Source: a virus (lineage: Duplodnaviria > Caudoviricetes). Taken from it: a stretch of DNA of 47,150 bases. Positions 33,828-42,497 of the stretch are shown piece after piece. The notes beneath the pieces were generated by a model, which was not told the origin of the DNA, ran no database searches, and saw only the letters and a program-made list of their open reading frames with translations. Each line of letters begins with the position of its first letter. The first letter of the stretch is position 1. Both the position numbers and the translations under genes were made by a program. Location of the stretch: positions 1-47,150 of IMG/VR virus record IMGVR_UViG_3300012988_000020; one strand, 5' to 3'.

Positions 33828-34239
33828 GAGCACTGACGAATTCCTTGCCCACTTCGGTGTTAAAGGTATGCGATGGGGCGTTCGGCGAGACGGAGAGCAA
33901 ACTAGCGAAGGCCTAAGCGATCGACAAAAGAAAGCGCTTAAGGTTGGCGCTGGAGTTGCTGTTGTTGCGGGCGCGGGTGTTGTTAGTGTGATGCTTGCTC
34001 GAAGCGGACATATTCAAGTTCCGTCTCGAAGGATGTATAACCCCAACCCCCATGCAAAAGAAGCGTCCGATAACTTCTATAACAACGTTCATCGCGGCCG
34101 ACGGCAAGTCGAGAACATGCTCAAGAGCGACACGACCAAGCTAGATAGCATTCTTAAAAACCAACAGGGTCAGATGTATCGATTGCTTGAGGAAGAGCAA
34201 AAGCGCATGCGACTCTTGGGGCTGGATACGGGAAGGTGA
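33817..34239 (+). CDS. LAH(Y/F)G-leader protein 5 with TM helix
   Basis: STDEFLAHFGVKGMRWGVRR; KKALKVGAGVAVVAGAGVVSVML. Confidence 0.8.
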   Translation: MMSESTDEFLAHFGVKGMRWGVRRDGEQTSEGLSDRQKKALKVGAGVAVVAGAGVVSVMLARSGHIQVPSRRMYNPNPHAKEASDNFYNNVHRGRRQVENMLKSDTTKLDSILKNQQGQMYRLLEEEQKRMRLLGLDTGR

Positions 34240-34242
34240 GGC

Positions 34243-34797
34243 ATGAATACGTTCGAAGACACTGACGATTTTCTTGCCCACTTTGGCGTCAAGGGCATGC
34301 GATGGGGCGTCCGCAAGGATAGCGGCATCGAGGGCGTTTCGCCTAAGACTAATCGAGAAGCTAAGAAAGACGCTGAAGAGTTCACTCGAGCGAAACTCTT
34401 CTACGGCGAGGGAGCTGGCACTCGACGCAAGCTGATCAAGGCCAAAGTGGAAGCTCGGTCCAAGATCGACCCCGCCTACAAGAAGGCGTTCGACCATCAC
34501 GTCGGCAACACTGACCTGGGTCAGCGTGCGTCTCAGGCTAAGGGCGAACGTCGGCGCAAGGACGTAGTCAACAAGACGACGAAGACTGCTCGCGGCGTGC
34601 ATCGTTCCTTGACCGGAGGCTTTGGCTCTGTTCCGCTGGTAGCAGCAATTCTCGCTGGCGGCTACACCGTGGCGCGTAATTCTGGCGCCGATCGAGTCGT
34701 GATCAACAACAGCAAGAAGATGTACAACGACGTCAAGAACAAGCGGCAGAGCTCCAAAGCCGTAGATGACTTGCTGAAAGACCTCGGCTTGAAATAG
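34243..34797 (+). CDS. LAH(Y/F)G-leader protein 6 (basic)
   Basis: DTDDFLAHFGVKGMRWGVRK; YGEGAGTRRKLIKA. Confidence 0.8.
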   Translation: MNTFEDTDDFLAHFGVKGMRWGVRKDSGIEGVSPKTNREAKKDAEEFTRAKLFYGEGAGTRRKLIKAKVEARSKIDPAYKKAFDHHVGNTDLGQRASQAKGERRRKDVVNKTTKTARGVHRSLTGGFGSVPLVAAILAGGYTVARNSGADRVVINNSKKMYNDVKNKRQSSKAVDDLLKDLGLK

Positions 34798-34822
34798 CCT
34801 AGAGAATTAGAGAGGAAGGGCC

Positions 34823-36568
34823 TTGGATCTATCGAACACAGCTGTGCCGACTTACTATGGCCGCTTCCGTGAGAAGGTTCTAAGAGGAGAAATTCCTGTC
34901 TGTCGAGAGATCTCGATGGAGATGAACCGGATCGATGCTCTAATTGATGACCCCGAAGTTTACTACGACCCCGACGCAATCAACGGTTTCATCGCATATT
35001 GTGAGACTGAGTGTACGCTCACGGACGGAAGCCCTCTCAAACTACTTGATACTTTCAAGCTGTGGGCCGAGCAAATCTTTGGCTGGTATTACTATTCGCC
35101 TGAGAAAGTGTGGGAACCGGCTACTGAATTTCAGGAAGGACGATTCGTCTGGAAGGAAGTTCTGAAGCGGCTCACAACGAAGCAGTACCTCATTGTCGCA
35201 CGAGGCGCCGCTAAGTCGATGTACGCCTCACTCATCCAGAGTTATTTTCTGAACGTTGATGTTACTACCACCCACCAGATCACCACTGCTCCGACTATGA
35301 AGCAGGCTGAAGAGGTCATGGCTCCGATCCGAACAGCGATCACTCGCTCGCCGGGGCCATATTTTCAGTTCTTGACCTACGGGTCGATTCAAAACACGAC
35401 TGGATCTAAGGCTGACAGGACCAAGCTTGCCTCGACGAAGAAGGGCATTGAGAACTTCCTTACTGGTTCTCTGCTTGAGATTCGTCCGATGTCTATCAAC
35501 AAGCTTCAGGGACTTCGCCCTCGTATTTCCACGGTGGATGAGTGGTTGTCTGGCGATCTCCGGGAAGACGTTATTGGTGCGATTGAGCAGGGAGCATCTA
35601 AGCTTGACGATTATTTGATCGTCGCTATCAGCTCTGAGGGTACAGTTCGAAACGGCTCAGGCGACACCATTAAGCTTGAGCTTGCCGACTACCTTAAGGG
35701 CGAGGTCAATGCGCCTTATATTTCGATCTGGCATTACAAGCTCGACGATCAAGAAGAGGTTAGCCAGCCTGAGATGTGGCCTAAGGCTAACCCCAACATC
35801 GGCTTCACTGTCACTTACGACACCTACGCTCGTGATGTCCAGCGTGCCGAGATGGCTCCCGCTGCCAAGAACGATATTCTAGCCAAGCGTTTCGGAATTC
35901 CTGCTGAAGGCTACACTTACTTCTTCTCGTATGAGGAGACGGAGTGCCACCTGCCGCAAGACTTTGCCGGAATGGCTTGTTCGATGGGCGCGGACCTTTC
36001 GCAGGGTGATGACTTCTGTGCGTTCACTTTCATGTTCCCACTCGGGAATGGCGCGTTTGGCGTAAAGACTCGAAGCTATATTACTGAACTCACGTTGCGC
36101 GCGCTTCCTGGCGCTCTCCGGCACAAGTATGAGCAGTTCCGTGAGGAAGGCTCTCTTGTTGTGCTCGATACGACTGTTCTGGACATGATGGACGTCTATG
36201 ACGATCTGGATGAGCACATTGAGGCGATGCGATACGATGTTCGATCGTTCGGCTACGACCCTTACAACGCCAAGGAATTCGTTGCTCGATGGGAGCAAGA
36301 ACGTACTCCCTACGGTAACGAGAAAGTTCAGCAGGGCGTTAGGACTGAGTCTGTTCCTTTGGGCGAGCTCAAGAAGATGTCTGAGAATAGGCTTCTGATC
36401 TTTGACGAGATCTTGATGAGCTTCGCTATGGGTAATGCTATTACGCTCGAAGACACAAACGGCAACCGCAAGCTTCTTAAGCGACGTCACGAAGAGAAGA
36501 TTGATAACGTGGCTGCGTTGATGGATGCGTGGATTGCTTTCAAGCTCCATAAGGAGGATTTCGAGTGA
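34823..36568 (+). CDS. terL: terminase large subunit
   Basis: Walker A-like VARGAAKS, Walker B TVDEW, W.KANPNIG, nuclease GADLS, YDPYNA, KIDNVAALMDA. Confidence 0.93.
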   Translation: MDLSNTAVPTYYGRFREKVLRGEIPVCREISMEMNRIDALIDDPEVYYDPDAINGFIAYCETECTLTDGSPLKLLDTFKLWAEQIFGWYYYSPEKVWEPATEFQEGRFVWKEVLKRLTTKQYLIVARGAAKSMYASLIQSYFLNVDVTTTHQITTAPTMKQAEEVMAPIRTAITRSPGPYFQFLTYGSIQNTTGSKADRTKLASTKKGIENFLTGSLLEIRPMSINKLQGLRPRISTVDEWLSGDLREDVIGAIEQGASKLDDYLIVAISSEGTVRNGSGDTIKLELADYLKGEVNAPYISIWHYKLDDQEEVSQPEMWPKANPNIGFTVTYDTYARDVQRAEMAPAAKNDILAKRFGIPAEGYTYFFSYEETECHLPQDFAGMACSMGADLSQGDDFCAFTFMFPLGNGAFGVKTRSYITELTLRALPGALRHKYEQFREEGSLVVLDTTVLDMMDVYDDLDEHIEAMRYDVRSFGYDPYNAKEFVARWEQERTPYGNEKVQQGVRTESVPLGELKKMSENRLLIFDEILMSFAMGNAITLEDTNGNRKLLKRRHEEKIDNVAALMDAWIAFKLHKEDFE

Positions 36569-36592
36569 CGACTGAAACGAAGGAGGTGAATA

Positions 36593-37888
36593 ATGGGCGC
36601 TCTTACGGATAGTTTTAAGCATGCATGGTCGGCCTTTACCGAGAAGAAGGAGCCTAGCTACGGCGTTCTCCCGGGCATGGGTTCGGTTAGTACTTCTATG
36701 TCTCGACCCGATCGGCCTGTGTTTCGAATTAGCTCCGAGCGGACCATCATCTCCTCGATTTACACGCGAATGGCGATCGATGTCGCTAGCGTGAAGATTG
36801 AGCATTGCCGAGTCGACCCCGAGACTGACATGTACGTGGGGACGATCAAGTCGGATCTCAATGAGTGTCTGAACGTTGAGGCTAACCTCGACCAGGGCGG
36901 TCGACACTTCCGGCAGGACATTGCACTCACCCTCTTTGCGGCTGGCGTAGCTGCTATCGTTCCGGTGGACACGACGCTTAATCCACTGACCTCTGGTTCG
37001 TGGGATGTGAAAACCATGCGAGTCGGTACGGTCACAAAGTGGGAGCCGGAGTTCGTTTGGGTTCGCCTTTGGAATGAGAAGACGGGTCAGTACGAAGAGC
37101 TGCATCTGCCTAAGCGCATTGTGGCCATCGTTGAGAATCCCTTCTACTCAGTCATGAACGAGACTAACTCTACTCTTCAGCGTCTTGTTCGAAAGCTGGC
37201 TCTTCTTGACAACGTCGACGAGATCTCTAGTCAGGGTAAGCTGGATCTGATCATTCAGTTCCCGTTCCCGGTCAAGTCGGACTCTCGGATTGCTCAGGCA
37301 GAACGTCGTCGAAGCGAGCTTGAGTCTCAGCTTCAAAATAGCACCTATGGCGTAGCGTGGGCCGACGGAACAGAGAAGATCACTCAGCTTAACCGTTCGG
37401 TGGAGAACAATCTTCTTGGTCAGATTCAGTATCTGAAGGCGGAACTGTACAACGAGCTCGGTCTGACTGAGGGCGTTATGAACGGTACTGCTGACGACGC
37501 TGAGATGCTCAACTACACAAACCGGACGATCGAGCCCATCATGGACGCGATCACCGAGGCGATGGCTCGGAAGTTCCTGACCAAGACTGCTCGCACTCAG
37601 GGTCAGACTATCCGCTACTTCGACACCCCGTTCAAGCTGATTCCGATCAGCCAGCTTGCGGATCTTGTCGACTCTCTCAGCCGGAACCAGATTGTGTCCC
37701 CGAACGAGATTCGTCCTTCGCTGGGTCTCAAGCCTCGGCCCGAAGCTCAGGCGAATGCGCTTGTCAACAGCAACATGCCTCTTGATCAGCAGATTACTGA
37801 TGGTGAGGGTGAGTCACTCGAGCCGAATCCTGCCGATCTTGCTGAGGATGAGCTTGATGCTCAGATGGCCGACTTGGGGTTGAGCTGA
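36593..37888 (+). CDS. portal protein (HK97-type)
   Basis: follows terL; RMAIDVAS, LNVEAN, IVSPNEIRPSLGLKP. Confidence 0.9.
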   Translation: MGALTDSFKHAWSAFTEKKEPSYGVLPGMGSVSTSMSRPDRPVFRISSERTIISSIYTRMAIDVASVKIEHCRVDPETDMYVGTIKSDLNECLNVEANLDQGGRHFRQDIALTLFAAGVAAIVPVDTTLNPLTSGSWDVKTMRVGTVTKWEPEFVWVRLWNEKTGQYEELHLPKRIVAIVENPFYSVMNETNSTLQRLVRKLALLDNVDEISSQGKLDLIIQFPFPVKSDSRIAQAERRRSELESQLQNSTYGVAWADGTEKITQLNRSVENNLLGQIQYLKAELYNELGLTEGVMNGTADDAEMLNYTNRTIEPIMDAITEAMARKFLTKTARTQGQTIRYFDTPFKLIPISQLADLVDSLSRNQIVSPNEIRPSLGLKPRPEAQANALVNSNMPLDQQITDGEGESLEPNPADLAEDELDAQMADLGLS

Positions 37889-40800
37889 TGGTTGGCAAAG
37901 ACCCTAACTATGATCCTTCCGAGCGTCGAGCGCGTTATTTGCGGGAACGTGAGCTGAAAGGTCGTCAGAAGGGCTCTAAACCGCCCCCAAGGACGGCACG
38001 TGACGCTATGGCGGCCCGCGATCAGAAGCACGGTAAGGCTGGTGCCGGTGAGAACTGGAACAAAGGTCGTCCCGTTGCTCCGAAACAACCTCCTGGCGGC
38101 AAGCCGCCTAAGGGTGATCGCGGATTCTCCGCCCCGAAAGACACTCCCGCACAAGCCAAGGCGAGGGTATCTCGTCTACAAGGAAAGATTTCCACTCTGC
38201 AAGAGGCGTTGACGAAGACGCTTGCTGCTTTGGCCGAGGCACGTCGCAATGCGGCTGAGGAGGCTAGAAAAGACTCCGATGGTAAGACGACCGTGAAAGA
38301 GCGGAAGGATTCCAAGGAGTATAGAGACAAGCATAAGGAAGAGTTGAAGGACAAACGCGACAAGACGGAGAAGAGCAAGTCTTCTTCATCCTCTAGCGGT
38401 AGCTCCTCTTCCTCGTCTGGGTCAGATAACAAACCGACCGTAGACGAGCTCCAGGCTCGCGTTTCTAAGATTCGAGGCGCTATCACTAGCGCTAAGAAGC
38501 AACTATCAGATGCGAGAGCGGCGGCTGGACAGCTAGCCCATTCCGATAATGAGGTGCTGGTTTTTCTTAACTCAGCTCCAGTCAGCAGAAAGGAATCCGT
38601 CCACATGACAGCGGATTTTGGTGGCTTCGCCACCCGACACGACGTGCAGTGCGCAGACGGGCGGACTATCCTGCCTGGAGCGTTCCAGGAGAATGACGGC
38701 GCCGTTGTTCCTCTGGTCTACGGGCACGACCACAACGGGATCGCGAATGTCCTCGGACACTGCGTTCTCGAGTACCGGCCGGAGGGCGTTTACGCTCACG
38801 GCTACTTCAACGAGACGCCGAATGGTCAGCTTGCTAAGGAGCAGGTTAAGCACGGTGACCTGAAGTTCCTCTCGATCTTCGCCAACAACCTGCAGGAGAA
38901 GGCGCGAGCCGGACTCCAGCACGCTAAGGATGTTATGAAGGGCAACATCCGGGAGGTCAGCCTTGTTCTTGCTGGCGCCAACCCGGGTGCTTTCATCGAC
39001 AACCTCACGATTGCTCACAGTGATGGGAGCATCGAGGACGGCGACGAGGCGCTTATTTTCATGAACGTCCCGATCGACAGCAACGACGTTGTTCACGCAG
39101 ACGTCGAGACTGACGACGAGACGATCGGCGATGTTGTCGAGTCCATGTCGGAGAAGCAGCAGAACGTTCTGTACTACTTGGTGGCTCAGGCTGCTGAGGG
39201 ACCGTCTGCTAAGCACGACGCCATGGAGCACGGCGACATCGGCATCGGCGATGACTCGATCCCGGACGTGGTTGAGACCATGTCCGAGAAGCAGCAGAAC
39301 GTCCTCTACTACCTGGTTCACCAGGCGATGGAGGAGGCCGGCGCTCTTACTCACAGCGACACCGACGGTGACGTTGTCGAGGAGGACGGCGAGAAGAACG
39401 AGGACAGCGAGGCAGACGAAGCCGTTAGCGGCGACGAGGACTCCGAGACCACCGACACATCTGGCGGAGACACTGATGGTGCCGCCAACACCGGCGGAGA
39501 CACCGAAGGTGCCGCCACCACCGACGAGGCTGGCGAGGTCCAGCACGACGACACTCAGGAGGACAACAGCATGACGCACAACCTGTTCGCCGCTGCTCAG
39601 CAGGCCGGCGCTGCGCGCCCCCAGGCCACCCTCGCCCACGGCAACGTGTCGCAGGAGGACGCGATCAAGCAGATCGTCAAGGAGGCGAAGAAGAACGGTT
39701 CGCTGAAGGACGCTCTGGAGAACTACATCGAGCACACCGGCGTTAACGTCGGGGGCCAGCTCCAGCACGGTATCGAGAACATCGACTACCTGTTCCCGGA
39801 CGCTCAGCTCCTCGAGAACGCGCCTGGCTTCATCAGCCGTCGCATGGAGTGGGTCGACACCGTCCTCTCCGGCGTGCGCAAGAGCCCGTTCTCGCGCATC
39901 AAGACCATCACCGCGGACATCACGCCTGATGAGGCCCGTGCCCGTGGTTACATCAAGGGCAACTTCAAGAACGAGGAGTTCTTCGCCCTCTCGAAGCGGA
40001 CCACCGACCCGCAGACCATCTACAAGAAGCAGCGGCTCGACCGCGATGACGTCATCGACATCGTCAACCTGGATGTCGTGGCGTGGCTCAAGGCCGAGAT
40101 GAAGGTCATGCTCGACGAGGAGATCGCTGGCGCGATCCTCGTTGGTGACGGCCGTTCCATCGGTGACGACGACAAGATCCTGGAGACGCACATCCGTCCG
40201 ATCGCTTCGGACGCTGAGCTCTACGTCACCACGGTGAACGTCAACCTCGACGACGCCTCTTCGGGTGTCGAGGAGCTCGTCGACGCGGTCATCGCGAACC
40301 GTCGCTACTACAAGGGCTCGGGTCAGCCGACCTTCTTCACCACGGAGAGCACCATCTCCGCCTTCCTGACGGTGAAGGACAACTTCGGTCGTCGCCTCTA
40401 CGCCAACCTGAACGAGGTGGCCGCGGTTCTCCGTGTCTCCGCCATCGTTCCGGTCGAGGTCATGGAGCGCGTTCCGGACCTGGTCGGCATCATGGTCAAC
40501 CTCGCGGACTACACCCTGGGTGCTGACCGCGGTGGCCAGGCCACGATGTTCGATGACTTCGACATCGACTACAACAAGCTGCGCTACCTGATCGAGACCC
40601 GCCTGTCGGGTGCTCTCACGCAGCCGAAGGCCGCGATCGTGTTCCGCAAGGTGGCCGGTTCGGCTGTCCTGCGCGTTCCCGCTGAGCCGACCTTCGTCGA
40701 CAACGTCGTGACGGTTCCCACCGTGACTGGCGTGACCTACAAGAACGCTGACACCGACGCCACGCTCACCACCGCTGCTCCGGTGACGCTGACTGAGGGC

Positions 40801-40896
40801 CAGACGCTCAACGTGAAGGCTGTTCCGGCCGCCGGTAGCTACTTCGCGAACTCCGAGGACGACGAGTGGAGCTACACCGGCCAGGACCTGTCCTGA
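37888..40896 (+). CDS. head polyprotein: basic N-domain, prohead protease, acidic scaffold, major capsid protein, C-terminal Ig-like domain
   Basis: protease motifs DGRTI..VPLVYGHDH..LSIFA..IREVSLVLAGANPGA; duplicated scaffold helix; capsid segment DEEIAGAILVGDG..FDIDYN..YLIETRLSGAL. Confidence 0.88.
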   Translation: MVGKDPNYDPSERRARYLRERELKGRQKGSKPPPRTARDAMAARDQKHGKAGAGENWNKGRPVAPKQPPGGKPPKGDRGFSAPKDTPAQAKARVSRLQGKISTLQEALTKTLAALAEARRNAAEEARKDSDGKTTVKERKDSKEYRDKHKEELKDKRDKTEKSKSSSSSSGSSSSSSGSDNKPTVDELQARVSKIRGAITSAKKQLSDARAAAGQLAHSDNEVLVFLNSAPVSRKESVHMTADFGGFATRHDVQCADGRTILPGAFQENDGAVVPLVYGHDHNGIANVLGHCVLEYRPEGVYAHGYFNETPNGQLAKEQVKHGDLKFLSIFANNLQEKARAGLQHAKDVMKGNIREVSLVLAGANPGAFIDNLTIAHSDGSIEDGDEALIFMNVPIDSNDVVHADVETDDETIGDVVESMSEKQQNVLYYLVAQAAEGPSAKHDAMEHGDIGIGDDSIPDVVETMSEKQQNVLYYLVHQAMEEAGALTHSDTDGDVVEEDGEKNEDSEADEAVSGDEDSETTDTSGGDTDGAANTGGDTEGAATTDEAGEVQHDDTQEDNSMTHNLFAAAQQAGAARPQATLAHGNVSQEDAIKQIVKEAKKNGSLKDALENYIEHTGVNVGGQLQHGIENIDYLFPDAQLLENAPGFISRRMEWVDTVLSGVRKSPFSRIKTITADITPDEARARGYIKGNFKNEEFFALSKRTTDPQTIYKKQRLDRDDVIDIVNLDVVAWLKAEMKVMLDEEIAGAILVGDGRSIGDDDKILETHIRPIASDAELYVTTVNVNLDDASSGVEELVDAVIANRRYYKGSGQPTFFTTESTISAFLTVKDNFGRRLYANLNEVAAVLRVSAIVPVEVMERVPDLVGIMVNLADYTLGADRGGQATMFDDFDIDYNKLRYLIETRLSGALTQPKAAIVFRKVAGSAVLRVPAEPTFVDNVVTVPTVTGVTYKNADTDATLTTAAPVTLTEGQTLNVKAVPAAGSYFANSEDDEWSYTGQDLS
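39112..39336 (+). repeat. duplicated ~29-aa scaffold repeat in head polyprotein
   Basis: DVVESMSEKQQNVLYYLVAQA and DVVETMSEKQQNVLYYLVHQA. Confidence 0.85.
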
Positions 40897-40912
40897 TCTG
40901 AATTAGATCAAA

Positions 40913-41251
40913 ATGGCACGCTTCTTTGGGAAAGTCGGGTACGGCGTACCCGGTGAACTCGTAGCCGGTGTTTGGTCGGACAGCATCGTAGAGCGTGACT
41001 ATTACGGGAAGTACCTCAACGAGACGGTCTCTTCTGAAGAGTCCGACAAGGTGAATGACGATTTGCGGTTTTCGAGTCGCATTAGCGTCGTCGCCGACCC
41101 GTTTGCGTTGGGGCACTTCTCGACTATCAAGTACGTCATTGATGAGGGCGGGGTCTATTGGGCAGTGACTTCGGTCGAGCTCAAGAGGCCCCGCCTTATT
41201 CTTTCGACGGGAGGTGTATACCATGGTCCCAAGCCCAGTCCAGGCCCCTGA
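40913..41251 (+). CDS. head closure / head-tail joining protein
   Basis: position after capsid; beta-rich 112 aa. Confidence 0.65.
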   Translation: MARFFGKVGYGVPGELVAGVWSDSIVERDYYGKYLNETVSSEESDKVNDDLRFSSRISVVADPFALGHFSTIKYVIDEGGVYWAVTSVELKRPRLILSTGGVYHGPKPSPGP

Positions 41252-41570
41252 TTTCACGCCTGAAGAGAGCCGACGAATTGCGTTTAACGCACTTCTGGTT
41301 CAGATTCTTGGTACCAATAACGTCTACTATCAGCCTCCCGACGATTCTCGCATGCTTTATCCCTGCATTGTGTATGAGCTCGAAGAGATTCACAATCAGC
41401 ATGCAGACAATGGATCGTACAAGATGCATGATCGATATCAGGTCACGTTCATTCGCCAAGAGCCAGATAGTCCTGTTTTGCGTAAGCTTATGGGACTTCC
41501 ACTCAGTTCATTCAGTCGTCATTTCGCGACGTCCGGTCTTAACCATGACGTCTTCGTGATTCACCATTAG
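41214..41570 (+). CDS. tail terminator-like protein
   Basis: NVYYQPP..MLYPCIVYEL; precedes major tail; start uncertain. Confidence 0.65.
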   Translation: MYTMVPSPVQAPDFTPEESRRIAFNALLVQILGTNNVYYQPPDDSRMLYPCIVYELEEIHNQHADNGSYKMHDRYQVTFIRQEPDSPVLRKLMGLPLSSFSRHFATSGLNHDVFVIHH

Positions 41571-41582
41571 GAAGGAAACCAA

Positions 41583-42461
41583 ATGGCTAAGCTCGTTTGG
41601 GACAAGACTGGCGAGCGGTTTTATGAGACCGGCGTCAACAAGGGCGTTCTGTACATCCCGGATGACAACGGGGTTTACGACACGGGCGTCGCTTGGAACG
41701 GTCTGACCACGGTCACCGAGTCCCCCTCTGGCGCGGAGGCTACTCCCCTCTACGCCGACAACATCAAGTACCTCAACCTGATCTCCGCTGAGGAGTTCGG
41801 TGCCACGGTTGAGGCCTACACCTACCCGGACGAGTTCGCTCAGTTCGATGGTGTCGCTTCTCCGTCTGCCGGCGTCTACGTTGGTCAGCAGTCGCGTCGA
41901 GCGTTCGGTCTCTCCTACCAGACTCGCGTCGGCAATGACGTTGAGGGTAGCGACCTCGGCTACAAGATCCACCTCATCTATGGCGCTCAGGCTGCGCCGT
42001 CGGAGAAGGCCTACGCGACCATCAACGACACCCCTGAGGCGATCACCTTCAGCTGGGAGCTGACGACCACTCCGGTGGACGCCGGTTCGACGCTGAAGCC
42101 GACCTCTCAGATCGTCATCGATTCCACCAAGGTGGACCCGGACGACCTCTCCACCCTGGAGGCCGCGCTGTATGGCTCGGTGTCGACCAGCCCTCGTCTG
42201 CCTCTGCCGACCGAGGTCTTCGACATGTTCTCCGGAACCGCCATCGAGGTCACCGCCACCGCGCCGACCTACGACGCCTCGACGGACATCATCACCATCC
42301 CGGCCGTCACCGGTGTCGTTTACACCATCGGCGGCAACGAGGTTCCGTCCGGCCCGACCGCTCCGATCACGGCCACCACGGTCGTTCAGGCTCACCCGGC
42401 CCCTGGCTACAAGTTCAGCCCGGTGTCCGACAACGACTGGACGATCACCTACGTTCCGTGA
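41583..42461 (+). CDS. major tail (tube) protein with C-terminal Ig-like domain
   Basis: AWNGLTTVTESPSG..YADNIKY..AYTYPDEF..GYKIHLIY..FSWE. Confidence 0.9.
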   Translation: MAKLVWDKTGERFYETGVNKGVLYIPDDNGVYDTGVAWNGLTTVTESPSGAEATPLYADNIKYLNLISAEEFGATVEAYTYPDEFAQFDGVASPSAGVYVGQQSRRAFGLSYQTRVGNDVEGSDLGYKIHLIYGAQAAPSEKAYATINDTPEAITFSWELTTTPVDAGSTLKPTSQIVIDSTKVDPDDLSTLEAALYGSVSTSPRLPLPTEVFDMFSGTAIEVTATAPTYDASTDIITIPAVTGVVYTIGGNEVPSGPTAPITATTVVQAHPAPGYKFSPVSDNDWTITYVP

Positions 42462-42497
42462 TCCTCTTCGGAGTAGACAACTGAAAGGAGTCGGGGA

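Noticed and set aside
38572-40191. 539-aa minus-strand ORF (also 35879..37105, 41508..42395, 4626..5528, 2906..3799, 17212..18024)
   Set aside because: Antisense shadows of well-supported + strand genes with biased codon usage; no recognisable motifs.
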